Source: an uncultured Paludibacter sp. (GTDB lineage Bacteria > Bacteroidota > Bacteroidia > Bacteroidales > Paludibacteraceae). Taken from it: DNA of 60,846 nucleotides. Every line of letters begins with the position of its first letter. Within the stretch, counting starts at the first letter, position 1. The position numbers were made by a program, and so were the translations under genes. Below the pieces are notes generated by a model that worked only from the letters and a program-made list of their open reading frames with translations, searched no databases and had not been told where the DNA came from. The stretch covers positions 1,312,679 to 1,373,524 of the forward strand of contig LR026962.1 of the NCBI GenBank assembly GCA_900498215.1, in the 5' to 3' direction. Shown in pieces: positions 1 to 8,399 of the stretch.

Positions 1-891
1 TTCTTTGCCTCTGACAATGGGGCGAATATAAGGTTTATCAACACTGACAATTCTATCCGATATGTTTTCGCCCTCAAACATCCTTTTTTGTTGTTCCAAT
101 ACTTCTTCTATGACAGATAAACGTTTGCGAAAATCGGTTGAAAGAGATAAACCCTTAGCGTGATTTTTTAATAATGATTTTATTTGGGATAATAATTTCT
201 CCAATAAATGCAATAATCTGCGTACAAGCATCCGCTTTCTTGATTTCTTCACGTTGTTCTTGCGTTTTTTACTGTAAGAGAGATAAGCCTTTGAAACATC
301 ATTAAACTTATTGCGTGGAAGACGCTGATGAAGTATTGCACAAAAATCAGACAAACGGGTATGAAGCCAACGGACGGATTCCCATAACAGTTTTACATTG
401 GTAGGATAACGTATATAACTCTCATAACAAGTAGCATCTGTCATACACACGTGCAGGTTCTTCAAATAAGGTTTCCAATGCGATGCCAATACCTGTTGTG
501 CAGAATCAATATCTAATAACGAAGCTATCTCTACTCGAATGTCACTGACAATCTTAAAATTGTTTAGCGGGCGTAAAGGATGGATATATACACCGCAAAA
601 CATTTGGTAATGGATGTTGCCGTTTAAATGTTCTATCAATTGGGAATCGGAAAAACCGGTGTAGGACTTTAACAACATCAGCGCAACTTTCCCTTCCGCT
701 GTAAAATAACTCTGACGACCACAGGATTTATCTTTAAGACCGATGCTGCGGCAAAAATCGGTAAAAGGGAAAACTTCGTGAAGTTTGCCTAACTCGCTTT
801 GTGCAAAACTTGAACGGTAATTTTGATAAACATCAAACTCTGTAAATCCTAATGTAGGAGAAATCTGAGAAATTTTTTGTACTTTTGACAT
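1..891 (-). CDS. IS5/IS1182-like DDE transposase, N-terminal ~297 codons (3' end runs off the window)
   Basis: Absent from the ORF track because there is no stop in the window. I read the minus frame from ATG (889-891) to base 1 and found no in-frame stop. Translation MSKVQKISQISPTLGF...GRQSYFTAEGKVALMLLKSYTGFSDSQLIEHLNGNIHYQMFCG looks like a DUF772/InsH-type transposase N-domain. It continues ...MTDATCYESYIRYPTNVKLLWE...VDKPYIRPIVRGKE, typical of IS5-family DDE transposases. Confidence 0.75.
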   Translation of the reverse strand, partial: MSKVQKISQISPTLGFTEFDVYQNYRSSFAQSELGKLHEVFPFTDFCRSIGLKDKSCGRQSYFTAEGKVALMLLKSYTGFSDSQLIEHLNGNIHYQMFCGVYIHPLRPLNNFKIVSDIRVEIASLLDIDSAQQVLASHWKPYLKNLHVCMTDATCYESYIRYPTNVKLLWESVRWLHTRLSDFCAILHQRLPRNKFNDVSKAYLSYSKKRKNNVKKSRKRMLVRRLLHLLEKLLSQIKSLLKNHAKGLSLSTDFRKRLSVIEEVLEQQKRMFEGENISDRIVSVDKPYIRPIVRGKE

Positions 892-946
892 ATCTTTTTG
901 GGGTTATTACCTCCGTTTTATGCCACTAACACAAATAGCGGGGGAA
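1..946 (-). mobile_element. Upstream end of an insertion sequence (outer boundary uncertain)
   Basis: Contains the transposase CDS plus its upstream untranslated end. Only one IS end is in the window, so the terminal inverted repeat cannot be defined. The boundary is provisionally placed at the 12-nt motif ATAGCGGGGGAA (935-946), whose reverse complement recurs at 1317-1328. Confidence 0.35.
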
Positions 947-962
947 TAATCAAAGATACGAA

Positions 963-1010
963 AAAGCCAACTATCTCACAATGATTTAGTTGGCTTTGTT
1001 TTTTTATTTT
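963..1010 (+). terminator. Hairpin plus T-run (AAAGCCAACTA...TAGTTGGCTTT then TGTTTTTTTATTTT)
   Basis: An 11-bp perfect inverted repeat (963-973 / 988-998) is followed by a T-run, with an A-run on the other side. It lies just outside the transposase start and could insulate the IS from read-through. Confidence 0.4.
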
Positions 1011-1030
1011 ACGAATATCCCTAAGTAATG

Positions 1031-1066
1031 ACTCCCGCTATCGCACGATTTTATCGTGTGTTAAGT
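1031..1066 (+). repeat. Copy 1 of a 32-nt repeat, CCCGCTATCGCACGATTTTATCGTGTGTTAAG, with an internal CACGAT/ATCGTG hairpin
   Basis: 30 of 32 nt are identical to 1321-1352. The flanks (A-run, ...tctttaatctttaattt) also resemble the ggt leader at 1360-1395. Confidence 0.7.
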
Positions 1067-1274
1067 ATTAAAAAAAACCACTATCTTTAATCTTTAATTT
1101 TTACAACATCACTCTTTACTGTACATACACTCAACCATATAAAGCGTACTTCACAAAAAACAATTCCTCAAACTTTAAATTTCATACAACTTTGAGGAAT
1201 TTTATATATTTTTGAAACGTAAGATTTTAAAATAATTCGTATACAAAAATATCAATTATCAGCAAAACTCCACT

Positions 1275-1364
1275 ATGAAAAAATACATACTATTTATTTT
1301 AACTATCGTATTTATTTTCCCCCGCTATCGCACGATTGTATCGTGTGATAAGCGTCAAGCTTAA
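1275..1364 (+). pseudogene. Decayed duplicate of the ggt 5' end (leader plus signal peptide); 29-codon ORF MKKYILFILTIVFIFPRYRTIVSCDKRQA*
   Basis: Nucleotides 1264-1320 align with the true ggt start region 1389-1444 (aaaa[c/t]tccactATGa[a/g]aaaat...tatttatttcc; MKKYILFILTIVFIF versus MRKFILFILSIIFIS). The copy then diverges and terminates. Confidence 0.55.
1317..1360 (+). repeat. Copy 2 of the 32-nt repeat, CCCGCTATCGCACGATTGTATCGTGTGATAAG
   Basis: See 1031-1066. It also aligns loosely with the ggt coding sequence ccactataacggcacaagatcgtgtgaacgg (1443-1473). Confidence 0.7.
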
Positions 1365-1399
1365 AAAAAAACATCTTTGATTTTTATTAAAATTCCACT

Positions 1400-3091
1400 A
1401 TGAGAAAATTTATTTTATTTATTTTAAGCATCATATTTATTTCCACTATAACGGCACAAGATCGTGTGAACGGCAAATTATTTGCTACACGCTCTGATGT
1501 ATTGGCGCAAAATGGTATGGTGGCAACCAGTCATCCATTAGCCACTCAAATAGGTTTGGAAATTCTTAAAAAAGGGGGAAATGCCATTGATGCGGCTATT
1601 GCAGCCAATGCGGCTTTGGGACTTATGGAACCCACCGGAAGCGGAATTGGCGGTGACCTTTTTGCCATTGTTTGGGATGCCAAAACCAAAAAACTATATG
1701 CCATTAACGCTAGCGGTCGCTCACCCAAAAACCTGACGTTAGAGTATTTCGAGAAAAATAAAATGGACAAAATTCCCGCGCTCGGACCTTTGCCTGTGAA
1801 TGTGCCCGGCGCTGTGGATGGTTGGTTTGAACTCAACAAACGTTTCGGTTCGATGAGTATGGCGGAAATTTTGGAGCCAACCATTGAGTATGCCGAAAAA
1901 GGATTTCCGATTACGCAGCTTATCGGTTATTACTTGCAGTCGGTTTATCGGTATGAAAAAATGGGTTTCCCGAATATTAAAGATACTTACATTGATCAAA
2001 ACGGCGGAAAATTACCTCAGGAAGGCGAAATTTATAAAAACCCGTATTTGGCACAAACCTATCGCAAACTGGCTGCGGGTGGCAGAGACGCTTATTATAA
2101 AGGTGAAATTGCTGATGTTATAACTAAATTTATTCAGGCACAAGGCGGCTTTTTGTCAAAGGAAGATTTTGCGGCTCATCATTCTGAATGGGTGGAACCA
2201 GTTTCTATCAATTACCGCGGTTATGATGTTTGGGAATTGCCCCCAAACGGACAGGGAATTGCGGCGTTGCAAATGTTGCAGATACTTAAACAGTACGATT
2301 TTTCAAAAATTCCTTTCGGCAGTACCGAACACTTGCATCTCTTTGTGGAAGCTAAAAAACTGGCTTTTGAAGACCGTGCCAAATACTATGCCGATATGGA
2401 TTTTACCAAAGTTCCGGTGGAGACTTTAATATCTGAGGCATACGCAAAACAGCGTCAGGCGCTTATTACTGATAGAGCTTCCACTTATAATGCGGGAAAA
2501 ATCAGTGCAGGCGAAACCATTTACCTCACTACTGCCGATAAATATGGAAATATGGTCTCTTTGATTCAGAGCAATTATCGTGGTATGGGTTCCGGTATGG
2601 TTCCTCCGAAACTGGGCTTTATGTTACAGGATCGTGGAGAATTGTTCAGCTTAAAAAGAGGACAAGCAAATACTTATGAGCCGGGCAAACGACCTTTTCA
2701 TACTATTATTCCTGCTTTTATCACCAAAGACAGTCAGCCCTATGTGAGCTTTGGTGTAATGGGCGGCGACTTCCAACCGCAAGGTCACGTGCAAATTGTA
2801 ATGAATCTTATCGACTTTGGTATGGGATTACAAGAAGCAGGCGATGCTCCACGTTGGGATCATGACGGCGGCTCCACTCCTACCGGTGAAACAGGAAAAG
2901 GCACGGGCGAAGTGCACGTAGAATCAGGCATACCTTATGAAACGGTTCGGGGATTGATGGAAAAAGGACATAAAGTAGCTTTTGACTTGGGAATTTATGG
3001 CGGTTACCAAGCCATTTTATGGGACAGTAAAAACAAGGTGTACCACGGCGCTTCCGAAAGCCGTAAAGACGGACAAGCAGCGGGATATTGA
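1400..3091 (+). CDS. ggt: Gamma-glutamyltransferase (secreted, Ntn-hydrolase)
   Basis: 563 aa with a signal peptide. GGT hallmarks are GGNAIDAAIAA, EPTGSGIGGD, the autoprocessing/catalytic Thr region GETIYLTTADKYGNMVS, and GVMGGDFQPQGH. Confidence 0.93.
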   Translation: MRKFILFILSIIFISTITAQDRVNGKLFATRSDVLAQNGMVATSHPLATQIGLEILKKGGNAIDAAIAANAALGLMEPTGSGIGGDLFAIVWDAKTKKLYAINASGRSPKNLTLEYFEKNKMDKIPALGPLPVNVPGAVDGWFELNKRFGSMSMAEILEPTIEYAEKGFPITQLIGYYLQSVYRYEKMGFPNIKDTYIDQNGGKLPQEGEIYKNPYLAQTYRKLAAGGRDAYYKGEIADVITKFIQAQGGFLSKEDFAAHHSEWVEPVSINYRGYDVWELPPNGQGIAALQMLQILKQYDFSKIPFGSTEHLHLFVEAKKLAFEDRAKYYADMDFTKVPVETLISEAYAKQRQALITDRASTYNAGKISAGETIYLTTADKYGNMVSLIQSNYRGMGSGMVPPKLGFMLQDRGELFSLKRGQANTYEPGKRPFHTIIPAFITKDSQPYVSFGVMGGDFQPQGHVQIVMNLIDFGMGLQEAGDAPRWDHDGGSTPTGETGKGTGEVHVESGIPYETVRGLMEKGHKVAFDLGIYGGYQAILWDSKNKVYHGASESRKDGQAAGY

Positions 3092-3207
3092 TAAATAACA
3101 GGATTCGGTAGTGGCATTAAAATATGGTAAATAGCTATCAGTAAAAAAACATTAGATATTGTTTAGCGTAGATTTGCAAGAGAACATTTTGAGAGTTACA
3201 GTTATTC

Positions 3208-3304
3208 TCTTGACACGAGGATTTGTAATTCGAAGTAGCATTATAAGGTGAATTTCAAATCCACCAAATAAAAATAACGGGATTGCAAATCACGTTGGAC
3301 TGAG
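3208..3304 (+). repeat. Structured ~96-nt repeat, copy 1 (three phased GGATTTnnAAATCC-like boxes)
   Basis: About 90 percent identical to 4543-4637. Boxes start near 3219, 3250 and 3280. An outer imperfect inverted repeat (CACGAGGATTTGTAAT / ATTGCAAATCACG) encloses the central palindrome GGTGAATTTCAAATCCACC. Confidence 0.85.
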
Positions 3305-3345
3305 CATTTAAATAAAAACACGTATAGGCATAAAATCAGAATATT

Positions 3346-4536
3346 ATGACTAAAATGATAATTTTATTTTTGTTGTTAATGACATCGGTACAGAACCTTT
3401 TATCGGTATCTTACGAAGTCATAGATGCTAAGTTTTCTCCTAACTCGACTACAATTGCTTTGATAATTAGAGATAAGGAATGTACAAATCTGCGACTTTA
3501 TTTTACCGAAAGTGATGGATTAACCACTGATATTATTGTAGACAGTTTAAAGAATACAACAATTCGTGAACTTAAATTTTCACCAGATGGAAATAAAATA
3601 GCTTTGCTATTAACAACAGATATGATTACTGATTTGTATTTGTACACAATTGAGGACAAAAAGCTCACAAGATGTACAAACTCAAACGAATTAAAAGAAT
3701 ATAATACTGATTTAGCTTATAAAAACTCTTTATCTTGGTGTGATAACCAGAGAATAATATTTTTATCCAAACATAGCGGCTTATCACAACAATACATTTT
3801 TGATTTTTCAACTATGACACTTAAAGAAAATGGTGCTTCTAAAGGAGATGAATATTGGCTGACCTACTCACGTAAAAATCAAAAATCATATTATATTTCG
3901 AGTGTTAATAACAAAGAACCATCTGTTTTTGAGAGAAAATTAAATTCTCAAATTAATACAGAAATATCCCGAGATAATAATAATCATTTGAACCTGTTTT
4001 TATCAGATAAGGGCAATTTTGTTTTTTATTCTATTATGCCTCAAATATCTCCAAATATTTACGACCTAAACAACTCGAAATTATTAAAATTAAAACTACC
4101 TAAATCCAATGTTAGAATTATTGGTTGGTCTGAAAAAGATACAACCGTTATTTATACGTTTTCCCACTACGAAAATGATGATAATTTTCCAATAACAGAT
4201 TTATTCTTTTATAACTATATTAATGGTACTAAACAACTAATTTCAAAAAATATCGAACCTAATCTTGGTGTCTTAGTTTCTCCTGACGGTAATAAAGTTT
4301 TGTTTAACAAGGTACCTCAAGCAGTAGAAATTAATCAAAATGAGAAAAAGTTTAACTCAGAACAGATACAGACTTATGTAACAGACCAGAAAGGAGTTTG
4401 TAAAAGTTTTGGTAATAATGGAACTGCAAAAGATTGGAGCTCAGACAATAATACGCTTGTATTTGTGACCAAGAACAGTATAAGATTATTAAATGTCGAA
4501 ACCAAAAAGGAGAAAATTATTCATATAACTGACTAA
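3346..4536 (+). CDS. Secreted PD40/TolB-like beta-propeller repeat protein (hypothetical)
   Basis: 396 aa with an N-terminal signal peptide. Recurrent FSPDGNKIALL / VSPDGNKVLFN / LSDKGNFVFYS motifs are typical of PD40 (WD40-like) propeller blades. It is Asn/Lys/Ile-rich and bracketed by the 96-nt repeats. Confidence 0.6.
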   Translation: MTKMIILFLLLMTSVQNLLSVSYEVIDAKFSPNSTTIALIIRDKECTNLRLYFTESDGLTTDIIVDSLKNTTIRELKFSPDGNKIALLLTTDMITDLYLYTIEDKKLTRCTNSNELKEYNTDLAYKNSLSWCDNQRIIFLSKHSGLSQQYIFDFSTMTLKENGASKGDEYWLTYSRKNQKSYYISSVNNKEPSVFERKLNSQINTEISRDNNNHLNLFLSDKGNFVFYSIMPQISPNIYDLNNSKLLKLKLPKSNVRIIGWSEKDTTVIYTFSHYENDDNFPITDLFFYNYINGTKQLISKNIEPNLGVLVSPDGNKVLFNKVPQAVEINQNEKKFNSEQIQTYVTDQKGVCKSFGNNGTAKDWSSDNNTLVFVTKNSIRLLNVETKKEKIIHITD

Positions 4537-4542
4537 AAAACG

Positions 4543-4637
4543 TCTTGACACGAGGATTTGTACTCCGAAGTAGCATTTTAAGGTGGATTTCAAATCCACC
4601 AAAAAAAATAAGGGGATTGAAAATCACGTTGACAGAG
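4543..4637 (+). repeat. Structured ~96-nt repeat, copy 2
   Basis: Starts 7 nt after the stop of the 3346-4536 ORF. It contains a perfect 19-bp palindrome GGTGGATTTCAAATCCACC (4582-4600), boxes at 4554, 4585 and 4614, and TTGACA at both ends (4546-4551, 4629-4634). Confidence 0.85.
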
Positions 4638-4743
4638 AAACGCTCTATCAATATTAACCGAAAATAAAACTTAGCAAGTTTCGGGTTTTAAAACAAAGAT
4701 ATTATGATGATTTTTGTAAATCAAACAAAAATCATAAATATAA

Positions 4744-5262
4744 ATGAAAATAGATAATTGCACAATCGATGACTTGCCATTAATTCTTGACTTGTATAAC
4801 GATGCAAGAGCTTTGCAAAGGTTGAAAAAAATGGTTGTTTGGCCCACTTTTGAAGAGGATTTTATTATCAGGGAAATCAATGAGAAAAGACAATGGAAAA
4901 TCACGGAAGGAACTAAAATTTTATGTAATTGGGCAGTTACTTTTAATGACAAAGAAATTTGGGAGAATAAAGACAAAGATGACGGTATTTATATCCATAG
5001 AATATGTACAAACCCAAATCATAGGGGTAATTGTTATATAGATACCATTGTTTCCTGGGCAAAAACTTATGCTCAACAAACTAACAGAAGATTTATAAGA
5101 CTCGATACACTTGGAAACAACACAAAACTTATTGAACATTATACATCTTCCGGTTTTATCTTTTTGGGAATGTATTTATTGACAAATATTTCAACACTTC
5201 CAAAACATTATCAAGACGAACCAAACTGTTGCTTATTTGAAATTGACTTAGAAAATATTTGA
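4744..5262 (+). CDS. GNAT-family N-acetyltransferase
   Basis: 172 aa. The IYIHRICTNPNHRGNCYIDTIVSWAKTYA segment fits GNAT motif A (acetyl-CoA pyrophosphate loop), followed by FIRLDT...N..L..Y...GF. Confidence 0.7.
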   Translation: MKIDNCTIDDLPLILDLYNDARALQRLKKMVVWPTFEEDFIIREINEKRQWKITEGTKILCNWAVTFNDKEIWENKDKDDGIYIHRICTNPNHRGNCYIDTIVSWAKTYAQQTNRRFIRLDTLGNNTKLIEHYTSSGFIFLGMYLLTNISTLPKHYQDEPNCCLFEIDLENI

Positions 5263-5267
5263 CCTAA

Positions 5268-5305
5268 TCTTGCTCCCGCACGAGTTTAGATGTAGCTGAT
5301 AAAGT
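5268..5305 (+). repeat. Degenerate partial third copy of the left arm of the 96-nt repeat
   Basis: TCTTGCTCCCGCACGAGTTTAGATGTAGCTGATAAAG aligns with TCTTGACACGAGGATTTGTAATTCGAAGTAGCATTATAAG; the shared blocks are tcttg, cacgag, ttt, gtagc and ataag. It starts 6 nt after the GNAT stop. The similarity is weak. Confidence 0.35.
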
Positions 5306-5325
5306 TTTTTAACCACATTATTAAT

Positions 5326-5670
5326 ATGACAAAAAAAGCAGGAAAATTTCCGGAAATAATAGACAGACATCCAAGCGCAGAAATACCTTTGCGAGGAGTG
5401 GAATCACGTTTAATACAAGCGGGGAATCAACAATTTGTTTTTATGGAATTCAGTGAAGACGCGGAAGTTCCAACACATTCTCACAATGCGCAATGGGGCG
5501 TAGTGCTCGACGGTGAAATGGAATTAACCATAAACGGCGAAGTAAAACTTTTGAAAAAAGGAGACAGTTATTACATTGACAAAGACGTTCCGCACTCGGC
5601 AAAAATATCGAAGGGTTTCAAAGACCTCACACTTTTTGATCAATCCGACAGGTACAAGGAACTGAAATAA
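5326..5670 (+). CDS. Cupin-domain protein
   Basis: 114 aa. HSHNAQWGVVLDGEMELTINGE...LKKGDSYYIDKDVPHSA matches the two-motif cupin_2 signature. Confidence 0.8.
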   Translation: MTKKAGKFPEIIDRHPSAEIPLRGVESRLIQAGNQQFVFMEFSEDAEVPTHSHNAQWGVVLDGEMELTINGEVKLLKKGDSYYIDKDVPHSAKISKGFKDLTLFDQSDRYKELK

Positions 5671-5715
5671 AATGAAACACCATTCATAAATTATCTCACA
5701 TCAAAAAAAATCACT

Positions 5716-6669
5716 ATGAATCATTTAAATTACGCTTTCGACAGTAAAAACCAATTTTGGCGTTACATTGTAGTTATAATTCTCGCCTTTTTAATTTCAA
5801 ATACCATTGGCGCCATTCCGGTGGGAATTCTTATTATTGCGGGAATCTTCAAATCGGGCAGTTTAGACGCAAGACCCGAAAATATAATGGATTTCAGCGC
5901 TTACGGAATAGACTTGAACGTAGGTTTAGCTGCTATGATGTTCGCTTTTGTAGTAGGTTTAATTGGTTTTGCATTGTTATTAAAACCTTTTCACAACCGC
6001 ACGCTTACGGGAACAATTAACGGAACCCGTAAAATTCGCTGGAACAGAATAATCAGCGGTTTTATTGTTTGGGGCATATTAATGGTTCTGTCGTTGGTTT
6101 TAACCTTGCTGATTGATTCTGAAAGTCTTGAATTTCAGTTAAAATGGAGTACATTTATTCCGTTATTTTTTATTTCTCTTGTTTTAATTCCTTTTCAAAC
6201 CTCTTTTGAAGAAATTACTTTTCGCGGATATTTAATGCAGGGAGTTGCCACCAATACGCACAATAGAATTTGGGCATTGGTAGTTACTTCCGTACTTTTT
6301 GGATTATTACATAGTTTTAATCCCGAAGTAAAAGAATACGGTTTTTTTGCCACAATGCCTGAATACATCGGCTTTGGCGCTATATTAGGATTGATGACAT
6401 TATTGGATGATGGCGTGGAATTACCCATCGGACTTCACACAGCCAATAATTTTTTCTCTTCCATTTTGATAACAAACAAACATTCCGTTTTAGTTACGCC
6501 AGCCATTTTTGAATCAGAAAAAATCAATTCTTACGTGGATATGATTACATTGTTTGCTTTCGGAGCAATTGCTTTATTTATATTTTCCAAAAAGTATCAA
6601 TGGAACTGGAAAACCTTAACAGAAAAAGTAAAACAGCCGGTTTTAGAAGTTCAAGAAGATCATCAATAA
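5716..6669 (+). CDS. CPBP-family intramembrane glutamic endopeptidase (CAAX protease / Abi-like)
   Basis: 317 aa and multi-pass. All three conserved CPBP motifs are present: SFEEITFRGYL (EExxxR), FGLLHSFN (FxxxH) and GLHTANNF (HxxxN). Confidence 0.85.
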   Translation: MNHLNYAFDSKNQFWRYIVVIILAFLISNTIGAIPVGILIIAGIFKSGSLDARPENIMDFSAYGIDLNVGLAAMMFAFVVGLIGFALLLKPFHNRTLTGTINGTRKIRWNRIISGFIVWGILMVLSLVLTLLIDSESLEFQLKWSTFIPLFFISLVLIPFQTSFEEITFRGYLMQGVATNTHNRIWALVVTSVLFGLLHSFNPEVKEYGFFATMPEYIGFGAILGLMTLLDDGVELPIGLHTANNFFSSILITNKHSVLVTPAIFESEKINSYVDMITLFAFGAIALFIFSKKYQWNWKTLTEKVKQPVLEVQEDHQ

Positions 6670-6705
6670 GCTATAACGAAATTCAAAGGTTTATAACAAA
6701 AAAAA

Positions 6706-6743
6706 CATCAATCTCAAGAGAGTTGATGCTTTTAAGTGTTTTT
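6706..6743 (+). terminator. Hairpin CATCAATCTC-AA-GAGAGTTGATG followed by a T-rich tract
   Basis: About a 10-bp stem with one bulge, then cttttaagtgttttt, downstream of the CPBP gene. Confidence 0.4.
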
Positions 6744-6774
6744 ACGGATAAACTTTCTCTTGGAAGAGAGGATA

Positions 6775-8238
6775 TTACATAGATTTATTCTTTAATTCTT
6801 TTCTTACGTGACTGTGTTTTATTCCATACGTAAAATAGATAACAAAACCTACCACCATCCAACCTATCAAACGAAACCACGTATCTTTAGGCAATGAAGC
6901 CATTTGCGCCAAACATACAACAGCGCCCAAAATAGGAACAAAAGGCACCCAGGGAGTACGGAATTTACGAGGTGCGTCCGGTTCGGTTTTACGAAGAATA
7001 ATTAAACCGATGCTTACAATGACAAACGCCAACAATGTGCCGATAGAAACCAATTCTCCCAACAATCCGATAGGGAAAAGTCCGGCAAAAATAGCGGCAA
7101 AAATCCCTGTAACAATACTGGTAATATAAGGCGTTTTAAATTTCGGGTGTGTTTTAGCAAAACTTTTCCACAGCAAACCATCGCTTGCCATAGTGTAAAA
7201 AATACGGCTCTGCCCCAACAAAAGCACCATTACCACCGAGCTTAAACCAGCAATAGCTCCTATTTTTATAATCGGACGGAGCCAATACAATCCTGCTCCG
7301 GCTTTATCAATGGCTAACGCAATAGGAGCCGGCACATTTAATTCGGTGTAATTTACAATTCCCGTGAGTACTAAACTTACCGCCACATAAAGTATAGTAC
7401 ACACAATCAACGAAGCCAAAATTCCTATCGGTAAATCGCGCTTGGGATTAATTGCCTCTTGTGCAGTTGTACTCACCGCATCGAATCCAATGTATGCAAA
7501 AAATACCACAGCCGCACCGGTAAGTACGCCGCTCCATCCAAAATGCCCGAAAGTTCCGGTGTTGGCAGGAACAAATGGTGTCCAGTTATCAGCATTAATA
7601 TAGGCAATTCCAAAACCGATAAACAACAGAATAACAGCAACCTTTATAATTACGATAATATTATTGAATTTAGCGCTTTCCTTGATTCCAATTACTAAAA
7701 GCGTAGTCATCATAGCAACAACAAATACGGCAGGAAAATTAATAATGGCTCCGGTATGAATCCATTGTCCGTGTTCAAATTTAAAAGGACTGTCGCACAT
7801 ATATGCGGGCAAATGAATTCCCAAATCCGCCAAAAAACTTGTTACATAACCCGACCATCCTACAGCAACAGTAGCAGAACCAAAAAGATATTCCAAAATC
7901 AAATCCCAACCGATAATCCATGCAATAAATTCGCCCATTGTTGCATATCCATACGTATATGCGCTGCCTGAAACAGGAATCATTGAAGCAAACTCCGCAT
8001 AACAAAGCCCTGCCAGCAAACAACCCAATGCTGATACAATAAACGAAATGGAAATCGCAGGACCTGCATGATTGGCTGCGGCTGTTCCTGTTAACACAAA
8101 AATTCCGGCTCCAATAATACAACCTATTCCCAATAAAGTAATATTGAGCGCATTCAAATGTCGTCTTAATTGATTTACTCCCTCTTCGGCTTGTCTGTTG
8201 ATTTGTTCTAAACTTTTACGAATAAATAATTCTGCCAT
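6775..8238 (-). CDS. APC-superfamily amino-acid permease (cationic amino-acid transporter-like)
   Basis: 487 aa and about 12-14 TM. Typical APC N-terminus: LNALNITLLGIGCIIGAGIFVLTG...FASMIPVSGSAYTY. Confidence 0.88.
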   Translation of the reverse strand: MAELFIRKSLEQINRQAEEGVNQLRRHLNALNITLLGIGCIIGAGIFVLTGTAAANHAGPAISISFIVSALGCLLAGLCYAEFASMIPVSGSAYTYGYATMGEFIAWIIGWDLILEYLFGSATVAVGWSGYVTSFLADLGIHLPAYMCDSPFKFEHGQWIHTGAIINFPAVFVVAMMTTLLVIGIKESAKFNNIIVIIKVAVILLFIGFGIAYINADNWTPFVPANTGTFGHFGWSGVLTGAAVVFFAYIGFDAVSTTAQEAINPKRDLPIGILASLIVCTILYVAVSLVLTGIVNYTELNVPAPIALAIDKAGAGLYWLRPIIKIGAIAGLSSVVMVLLLGQSRIFYTMASDGLLWKSFAKTHPKFKTPYITSIVTGIFAAIFAGLFPIGLLGELVSIGTLLAFVIVSIGLIILRKTEPDAPRKFRTPWVPFVPILGAVVCLAQMASLPKDTWFRLIGWMVVGFVIYFTYGIKHSHVRKELKNKSM

Positions 8239-8270
8239 AGTTACTTTTGATTAAAGTTATAAGTAATTTT

Positions 8271-8278
8271 CAAAAATA
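8271..8278 (-). promoter_or_regulatory. Candidate Bacteroidota -7 box (TATTTTTG on the minus strand) for the permease
   Basis: CAAAAATA on the plus strand, 33 nt upstream of the ATG at 8238. A second identical box lies at 8306-8313. It matches the published TAnnTTTG consensus for Bacteroides sigma-A. Confidence 0.3.
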
Positions 8279-8340
8279 AGTTATTAATTTTCATAAAATA
8301 AGCTACAAAAATAACATTTTTTGCTTAATTGACGTGTTTT

Positions 8341-8376
8341 TATAAAAAAAGAGTATCGATTTTTTTCGATACTCTT
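8341..8376 (-). terminator. Rho-independent terminator downstream of the carboxyltransferase gene
   Basis: An 11-bp perfect stem AAGAGTATCGA / TCGATACTCTT with a T7 loop. The A-run on the plus strand gives a U-run on the minus transcript. Confidence 0.6.
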
Positions 8377-8399
8377 TCTTATTTTCTACAAATAATAAC

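Noticed and set aside
3211-3216. TTGACA inside the repeats as a sigma-70 -35 promoter element
   Set aside because: No TATAAT-like hexamer lies at a 16-18-nt spacing (3234-3239 is AGTAGC). Bacteroidota housekeeping promoters use TTTG / TAnnTTTG instead.
3208-4637. Canonical integron attC sites
   Set aside because: GTTGGAC at the end of copy 1 fits GTTRRRY. However, the 5' end (TCTTGACACG) does not form the complementary RYYYAAC R'' box, and copy 2 ends in GTTGACA. No intI-like recombinase is in the window. I keep only an attC-like or MITE-like hypothesis, not an integron call.
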